Source: Octopus vulgaris
Lineage: Eukaryota
Direction of reading: 5' to 3'
Assembly: GCA_951406725.2 (NCBI GenBank)
Contig: OX597843.1
Span: 682,001 to 746,000, forward strand
DNA: 64,000 nucleotides
Positions 54,661 through 64,000 of the stretch are shown one piece after another. The notes beneath the pieces were generated by a model. The model made no database searches, was not told the origin of the DNA, and saw only the letters and a program-made list of their open reading frames with translations. Numbering within the stretch: the stretch's first letter is position 1; each line of letters begins with the position of its first letter. The translations under genes and the position numbers were made by a program.

Positions 54661-55125
54661 TCCACTCCCTACTATCTCTGCCACACCACCACCACCACCA
54701 CCACCACCTTACCCTATCCCTACCACCAAAAATGCTGGAATTTTTTTTCTTTTTTTTTTCCCGATCCTTGCGGCAACCGAACTTATTGAACTTGCTTACA
54801 AACTGTCAAAGAGAACTTCGAACCGAATATCGAACGCCACCCCCACCACCCCGACAAACCCTCCACCCTCACCACCGACACTTCTCTCTCTCTCTCTGTC
54901 CCTCCCCCCTCCGCTCCTTCATCGATCTCCCACGTCTGAGAGGTACCCTCTTTGCAAAGTATGTCACAGTTGCTGTTGTTGTTGTTGTTGCTGTTGTTGT
55001 TGTTGCTTTTGATGCTGTTGTCATTACTACAACGACTAATGTTGTTGTTGCTCTTCTACTCATTGTCGTTGTTGTTGTTGTTGTTATAGCAGTTATTGTT
55101 GCCTTTGATGTTGTAATTATTACTA

Positions 55126-55210
<85 letters not shown>

Positions 55211-55422
55211 TTTTGTTATTACTGTTATTACTATAATCATCATCATTATCACCATGGTCATCATCAATGTAAATTTTGTTGTAGTTATTAATATTATCAT
55301 CATTATTATTATTATTATTATTATTATCATTATTTTTATTATTATTATTATTATTATTATTAATATTATTATTATTATCATTATTATTATTATTTTTATT
55401 ATTATCATCATTATTATTATTA

Positions 55423-55459
<37 letters not shown>

Positions 55460-55485
55460 CATCATTATTTTTATTATTATTATTA

Positions 55486-55558
<73 letters not shown>

Positions 55559-55599
55559 CATTATCATCATTATTATTATTATTATCATTATTATTACTA

Positions 55600-55640
<41 letters not shown>

Positions 55641-56196
55641 GCTATCATCATTAGCATTATTTCTGCTGTTCCTGCTGATGCAGCTGTTGTTACTTTTGAT
55701 GTTGTTTCTGTTGATATTTCTTTTGATGTTGTTGTTGTTGTTGTTGTTGTAGTTATTATGTCTACCTATGTTCTATGTTCCTACAGTACTCCAAATATTG
55801 CTGTCGCCTCCAACCACCACCAGCGATAACAGCGCCACCACAACCACCACCACCACCACCACAAACAACAACAGAAACAACAACAACATACGCCACTACA
55901 GCCATACCATGCGCCTCCCTGTCTCCCCCCTGTACCCACTACACCTGCCACTCATGGCCACCGCTTTCAGCTACGACAATCTCTATTGATCTAATACCAA
56001 TCCTTCTTCCCCCACTCTCTCTCGCTGTCTATATATCCTTCTTTCTTTTCTTTCTCTTTCCCTCCCACCATCACCTCTTTTATTTCTGTGTTGTTTAGAT
56101 TGTTTACAAAACTCCTTGGTGTATATGATGTATATGCATATATACATATACAACATACCAATATACAACCTACATACATACACACATATTTACATG

Positions 56197-56250
<54 letters not shown>

Positions 56251-56348
56251 CACATTCACATACATTTTATGTATGTATGCATGTGAATGTATACATAAAT
56301 ATATATATACATATTTATAATATATACATGTTTGAATATATGTATGTG

Positions 56349-56382
<34 letters not shown>

Positions 56383-56448
56383 TATGTACATATACACACA
56401 CACATACATACATATATGTAAGCAAATGTATATATAATACAGACATAC

Positions 56449-56479
<31 letters not shown>

Positions 56480-56823
56480 TATATATATATATACACACAC
56501 ACACACGTATATATATACACATATACATATACATACATGTATATATATATATAAATATATAGATACACATACATACACACATCTATACATACATATACAT
56601 ATAAATCTACATAACATATGTATTTTATTGACACTTGTTTAACTGAAGAAAAATGTTTTCATATTTAGTACTCAATACAAAATATAAGTGAAGAATCTAA
56701 TTTTTGTTTTCTCTTACAGTTTGCACAAGAAATGCTTCAATTTTTGGCCACTTTTTTTCAGGTGCACCTTGTTTTAAAACTGTACAATGATCAATACAAC
56801 TGCACTACAAACATTTAAAGTGA

Positions 56824-56903
<80 letters not shown>

Positions 56904-56905
56904 CA

Positions 56906-57133
56906 GGGCGGCGCGCTGGCAGAAAAGTTAGCACTCCAGGCGAAATGCGTAGCCGTATTTCGTCTGCCGTTAGGTTCTGGGTTCAAATTCTACTGAGGTC
57001 GACTTTGCCTTTTATTCTTTCGGGGTCGATAAATTAAGTACCAGTTACACACTGGGGTCGATGTAATCGACTTAATTTGTTTGTCTGTCTTTGTTTGTCC
57101 ACTCTGTGTTTAGCCCCTGGTGGGTAGTAAAGA
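56906..57133 (+). mobile_element. SINE family C with Nin/Deu-like central motif (other copies ~9257-9445 -, 44815-44975 +, 45511-45725 +, 47370-47435 -, 57548-57776 -)
   Basis: GGCGGCG..CTGGCAGAA head, GGTTCAAATTC B box, and a GTCGACTTTGCCTTTcATcCTTTcGGGGTCGATAAATTAAGTACC motif. Domain assignment is from memory of the consensus. Confidence 0.75.
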
Positions 57134-57516
57134 AATATATATATATTCTGAGATTCCCTTCGGTCATGACTGACAGTGGGATTGCACCTAGAAAGTTACC
57201 CTCCCAGGCACAAATCCCGGCAAGGTTATTTATGGAAGACCAGCAATTGCCCATGCATACCGGCCTCCCCTCTCCACACCGCCAGTGTTATCCAAAGGAA
57301 AGGCAAAGGGGCCAATACAGCTTTGCACCTGTGACGTCACAATTCATTTCTACAGCTGAGTGAACTGGAGCAAAGTGAAATAAAGTGTCTTGCTCAAGAA
57401 CACAACATGCAGCCCGGTCTGGGATTCGAACTCACAACCTCACAATCATAAGCTTAATGCTCTAACCACTGAGCCATGCGCCTTCACATATATATATATA
57501 TATATATATACGTATG

Positions 57517-57547
<31 letters not shown>

Positions 57548-58307
57548 TTCTTTACTACCCACTAGGGGCTATACATAGAGGAGACAAACAAGGACAGACA
57601 AAGGGATTAAGTCGATTACATCGACCCAGTGCGAAACTGGTACTTTATTTATCAACCCCAAGAGGATGAAAGGCAAAGTCGACCTTGGTGGAATTTAAAC
57701 TCAGAACGCAACGACAGACGAAATACCACTAAGCATTTCGCCCAGCGCGCTAACGATTCTACCAGCTCACCACCTTAAAATATATATATGTGTGTGTGTA
57801 TATGTATGTAGGTATATGTATAATCTTTTGGACTGTGGCCATGCTGGAGCACCGCCTTTAGTCAAGCAAATCGACCCCAGGACTTATTCTTTGTAAGCCT
57901 AGTACTTATTTTATCGATCGCTTTTGCCAAACTGCTAAGTTATGGGGGCATAAACATACCAGCATTGGTTGTCAAACAATGGTGGAGGAATGAACACAGA
58001 CATAAAGATATGTACACACACACACACACACACATGATGGGCTTCTTTCAGTTTCCACCTACCGAATCCACTCACAAGGGTTTGGTCAACCTGAGGCTAT
58101 AGCAGAAGGCACTTGCCCAAGGTTCCACGCAGTGGGACTGAACCCCAAACCACATGGTTAGGAAGCAAGTTTCTTACCGCACAGCCACATCCGCGCCTAC
58201 ACACACACACACACATATATATATATAGATATACATATACACACACACATATATATATATACATATACATACACAGACATATATACAAATATATATATAC
58301 ATGGTTT

Positions 58308-58359
<52 letters not shown>

Positions 58360-59114
58360 GAGATACACACACACACATGCATGTGTATACACAAATACAT
58401 ATATAGGAGCCAAACAGATTGAGGAATGAGGGAGAGAGAGAAAGAAAGAGAGATGAAGGAGGTATATGTCTTGAAGTGTCATTAACTTCCTGTTTTAATT
58501 AATCTCAAGGCAGCAATTAATACTTACCCACACCCACCCCACCAATCACTGCACCATCACTCATACATACCCACACACTCTTTCACCCACCACACACACA
58601 CACGTACACATGCTCGCATTTCCTGTTCTTTAATATAATTACCAAGACCACGACTACCACCTGCATTCCATCATCCACTGGCGTCACCACTATATATAAC
58701 AACTCTACTACGAATACAACAGCCACGCCCCACCTTCACTCCGACCCCACCTCACTCCCACCACTACCAACACCACCACCACCAAAACTCCCACAAGCAG
58801 CATTGTCGTGACCACTACCACCACCACCACCATCACTCCAACCATTGGCTATACCTTATCACTTCCAACGCTAACACACAACTACCACCGATGTCATCAC
58901 CACCAAATACCACAGTCAGAGAAGTGCACAATGAAGATTAAGATACTAAAAGAAGAAACTTAATAAATTTTAAAGCTTTTGTGGAGAAACCTTTTATGAA
59001 AAGGAAGAGAAAGTAATAAGAGAGGTAAGAGAAAAATATGTACCATAACTAATTTAAGAATTCTGCTAACATGGTATATATAAACAAATATCTTGTGCAT
59101 ATATATAAATCTGG

Positions 59115-59500
59115 GGAGGCGCAATGGCCCAGTGGTTAGGGCAGCGGACTCACGGTCATAGGATCGTGGTTTCGATTCCCAGACCGGGCGTTGTGAGTGT
59201 TTATTGAGCAAAAACACCTAAAAGCTCCACGAGGCTCCGGCAGGGGATGGTGGTGATCCCTGCTGTACTCTTTCACCACAACTTTCTCTCACTCTTACTT
59301 CCTGTTTCTGTTGTACCTGTATTTCAAAGGGCCGGCCTTGTCACTCTCTGTGTCACGCTGAATATCCCCGAGAACTACGTTAAGGGTACACGTGTCTGTG
59401 GAGTGCTCAGCCACTTACACGTTAATTTCATGAGCAGGCTGTTCCGTTGATTCAGATCAACCGGAACCCTCGTCATCGTAACCGACGGAGTGCTTCCTCC
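59115..59500 (+). mobile_element. tRNA-derived SINE family B (tail type 2) with 13-bp target-site duplication
   Basis: Head GGAGGCGCAATGGCCCAGTGG...GGTTTCGATTCC. TSD tatataaatctgg at 59102-59114 and 59501-59513. Confidence 0.92.
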
Positions 59501-60431
59501 TATATAAATCTGGATACTACTACAACTGTTTCTACTACTACTACTACTACAGCTTCTATTACTACAGATGCTGATGCTGCTACTACTAAAACTATCAATA
59601 CTGCCACAAATAGCATCAACATCACCACCACTCCCCCATCACCAACCAACACAATCACTACCACCACAGTCCCCACTGACATATCCATCACCTCAACATC
59701 CAAAAACATAACAACCCCTATTCTGTGTGTGTGTGTGTGTGTGTGTGTATGTTTGTGTGTGTTTGTGTGTGTGGTTAAAATCCACAGAAATAATTCAAGT
59801 AAGCTTATGAGGAGAAGAAGAAACATATAATGAAGACACAAAGTGAGACATGTAAAAGTACTTGCTGGATTAAGCGTAGAAATATAAAGCAAAAAATACA
59901 ACAGTCAAAGCAGTGCAAAGTTAAGCTTAATATACTTAAAGAAAATAACAAAAGAAATTTAAAAGCTTTCGTGGGGATACCCTTTATGAAAGCGAAGAGA
60001 AAGCATTAAGAGGAGTAAGAGAAAGATATGTACCATAGCAAATTCAAGAAATATGCTAACATGGTATATGTAAACAGATATCTTGTATGTATATATAAAT
60101 TTGAACTGCATTATGTATGGATATATATGTATGTATGTATGTACATATGTATGTATATATTATGAGCAACCTTTCACTTTTTTAGGTATCTGTTTTAGGT
60201 ATCTATTCAACGTATATCAACGCATTCATAAATATGTATATACATACACACAGATGCATACACTTGCATATACACACGTACACACACACACACTCTCACA
60301 CATATATTTCTTCTTTGCAGTATTCAATTTGTTATTTTCTACCTTTATATTCAAATGTATATATGTACATTATGTGTTTGAGTATATGTATGTACATACG
60401 TATGTTTGTATATTTGTACGTTTGTATGTAC

Positions 60432-60515
<84 letters not shown>

Positions 60516-60609
60516 ATATGTACATATATATATATGTCAGTCCCCCATGTATGTTTTGTAGTATTTAACACATTTTTCATTTATTATATACATCTCTTAT
60601 GATGATATA

Positions 60610-60724
<115 letters not shown>

Positions 60725-61193
60725 TATATATATATCATATATATGTATGTATATATAATATATATAATATATATATGTGTGTGAATGATATATCTATTTT
60801 AATGTTTGTGTGTATATACACAATATACATGACCTAGCATACAATACGAAGATACACATTCACACATACATACACATACTCTCAAGCAGTATGCAACACA
60901 GGTACATATAAACTATACATGCATACCACTATACATACATACATACGCACGTATACATATATGCATACACACATACGCGTACATACATACAGTGCAAACA
61001 GAACGTGGTGTGAGAGGATATCAAATAAATAAATAAATAATAAATACCAGGAAAATTGCGAAATGTGGACATTTTCCCACGATAAACACCATCACTGCTA
61101 TCACCTATACTACTATAACTGCTACCACTATACCACTAACAATACTACTACTAATGTTTCCACTACTACTCCTACTACTACTACTACTACTAC

Positions 61194-61231
<38 letters not shown>

Positions 61232-61481
61232 CTATCACTACTACTACAACTGCTGCTGTTACCTACTACTACCACTACTTCTACACCTACTACTACTACT
61301 ACTACTACTACTACTATCACTCATACTAGTCCTAACACTACTACTACAACTAATACTACTAATACTACTAATACTACTACCACCACCACAACCACTACTA
61401 CCCCCACCACAACAACCACAACTACTACTACTACTAACACTAATACTAGTACTAACACTACTACTACAACTAATACTACAG

Positions 61482-61512
<31 letters not shown>

Positions 61513-61531
61513 CACAACCACAACTACCACA

Positions 61532-61572
<41 letters not shown>

Positions 61573-62088
61573 ATCAGCCATCCCCTTTACCACCAATCTT
61601 ACCACTACTACCACTGTAGCCACTACCTCTCTGCCCCCTTACCAGACAGTCCAGATGCCCTTCTCTCCTACTCCTCCTCCTTACAGGTCATTATAGAATG
61701 TGGAAAGGCTGTGTTGCTTAGCAACCCATCAACCAGAAGACACTTGAATGTTCAACAAAAGCAGGACATCACCACCACCACCACCTACAGCAAACAATAA
61801 CATCAAGAATGCCAATACCACCACGACCACCACCACCACAAGTACAAGCGCTGCAATCACCACCACCACCACCACCACCAGCTACAATATTAATAATCAT
61901 AACAGCAATATTGGTGATGATGTTAATAATGATGATGATTGTGGTGGTGGTGATGATGATGATGATGGTGGTGGTGATGATGATGATGGTGATGATGATG
62001 ATGATGGTGATGATAATGATGGTGTTGATAATTATGATGATAATGATGATGATGGTGATGACAATGATGATGATGATTATGATGATGG

Positions 62089-62122
<34 letters not shown>

Positions 62123-62130
62123 TGATGATG

Positions 62131-62162
<32 letters not shown>

Positions 62163-62203
62163 GATGATGGTGATGATGATGGTGATGATGATGATGACGA
62201 TGG

Positions 62204-62247
<44 letters not shown>

Positions 62248-62287
62248 GTGATGGTGATGATGATGATGATGATTATGGATGATGATG

Positions 62288-62319
<32 letters not shown>

Positions 62320-62381
62320 GACGATGGTGATGATGACGATGAGGATGATGATGGTGATGATGATGATGATGGTGGTGGTGG

Positions 62382-62414
<33 letters not shown>

Positions 62415-62467
62415 CGATGATAATTTTAATATTAATAACAGAAATAACAACAACAACAACAATAATA

Positions 62468-62503
<36 letters not shown>

Positions 62504-63539
62504 GTAAGAAAAACCACAACATTAACAGCTACAGCCACCACCACCACCACCACCACCACAAACAACAACAACAGCAAAAGCAAAAGCAACAAAATGATAA
62601 CCAAACAAATATTCAACAATAACAACCACAACAACATTTTTTCGATATGTTTTTCCAATTCGAAAACTGCAGGGAGTTGTCTGGAATGGTGGAGGAGGAG
62701 GAAGTAGCATGGAAGATTTTCGTCTGCTAATTCTAACAGGTCACACAACCAGAGAGAGAGAGAGGTCTGTCTCACTGTCTTGGTGGTGGTGGCGGTGGTG
62801 GTTGTGGTGGTGGTGGTAGTTATGGCGGTGGTGGTGGTTGGTGGTGGTTGTGGTGGTGGTGGTGGTGGTTGTGGTAGTTGTGGTAGTTGAGGTGGTGGTG
62901 GTGGTGGTGGTTTTGGTAGTTGTGGTGGTGGTGGTTGTTGTTGTTGTGGTGGTGGTGTTGTTGTGGTGGTGGTGGTGGTTGAGGTGGTGATGGTGTTGTG
63001 GTGGTTGTGGTGGTGGTGGTGGTGGTGGCGGATGGTGGTGGCAGTGGTGGTGTTGTCATTGGCGTTGGTGATGGTTTTGGAAATTGAAGTGGTTGTGATA
63101 GATATGGTGGTAGTTGTGATGGTAGTGGTGGTGGTGGTGGTGATGGTAATAATAGCAGTGATGAAGATGATGATGATAATGATGATGATAATGATGATGA
63201 GGATGATGATGAGGATGATGATGAGGATGATGATAATAACAGTGATGATGGGAATGCTGATGATGGTGGTGGTCGTGGTGGTGTTGTTAATTATAATGAC
63301 AATAACAACAATAACAGCAATGACGATGATGATGGTAATGATGATGATGATGATGACAATTATGACACTCCTTCACTTGACTCATAAAAGTTAAGGGAGG
63401 GACGTAGTTTTTTTCCCCTTTTGTTGCAAGCAGCAAGCGCCAAAATGCTTCCAGTTGCTGCCATGATGTAAGCAGACACTCCCAAACAACAAGATGCCAC
63501 TTACAACACTATCCTAACAGCACTATCTAAGCCATACTC

Positions 63540-64000
63540 TCTGAATACATCCACAATGTTCCTGAATATCGTCCAGGTACATCTAAAACATTGCAGGGTA
63601 CCACTCAGGTACATCTACAAGCAACATCCCAGAACACTGTCCAGACACATCTACAACATCCCAGGAGACTCTTTAGACACATCTACAACATCCCAGAATA
63701 CTCTTCATATACATGCACAATATACTCTTCAAATATATATACAATATCCCAGAATTCTGTCCATAGACATCTACAGCATCCCAGAATACTCTTCAAATAC
63801 ACCTACAGCATCCCAGAATGCATATCAGATACATGTACATCTTAGGATTCTATCCAGGTACCTCAGCAACATCTCAGAATACTTATCAGATAAATACACA
63901 ACATCCCAGGATACTGTTGAGACACATCTTCAACATCCCAGGATACCATTGAGACACATCTTCAACATCCCAGGATACTGTTGAGACACATCTTCAACAT
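63540..64000. repeat. ~32-bp minisatellite running off the window end
   Basis: Repeated gacacatct(t/a)caacatcccag(g/a)atactgtt. Confidence 0.9.

Noticed and set aside
62480-62775. Hydrophobic MLLWLLLLNICLVII as the missing signal-peptide exon
   Set aside because: Derived from antisense (CAA)n-type repeats, with no convincing phase-1 donor. The first exon remains unlocated.
63540-64000. CRISPR-like ~32-bp periodicity
   Set aside because: Head-to-tail degenerate units without unique spacers, eukaryotic context, no cas genes.

Overview
AT-rich, repeat-saturated animal DNA. The SINE, RTE and microsatellite content resembles octopus (coleoid cephalopod) intronic sequence; the taxon is inferred, not proven. 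Almost all ORFs in the supplied track are microsatellite or SINE artefacts. Reading splice sites by hand gives one real gene on the minus strand: nine phase-compatible GT-AG exons (47201->816, 1612 nt, ~537 codons). They encode an ADAM/ADAMTS-like (M12B reprolysin) precursor with a long, low-complexity prodomain, a furin site RRKR and a metalloprotease domain. Its zinc motif reads HVLAH instead of HExxH, so it is a predicted pseudo-protease. I did not find the signal-peptide exon, and the 3' exons lie beyond position 1. The introns hold three tRNA-derived SINE families, RTE LINE fragments, Tc1/mariner relics, Helitrons, MITEs and minisatellites. They also hold at least eight minimal type-I hammerhead-ribozyme-like motifs from several unrelated Penelope-like repeat families. 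Some have non-canonical cores (G3-C8 swap, U4C), and several sit in long fold-back hairpins. Some retroposon insertions are flanked by ~95-150 bp direct duplications. Exon and ribozyme coordinates were counted from the sequence; repeat boundaries are approximate.
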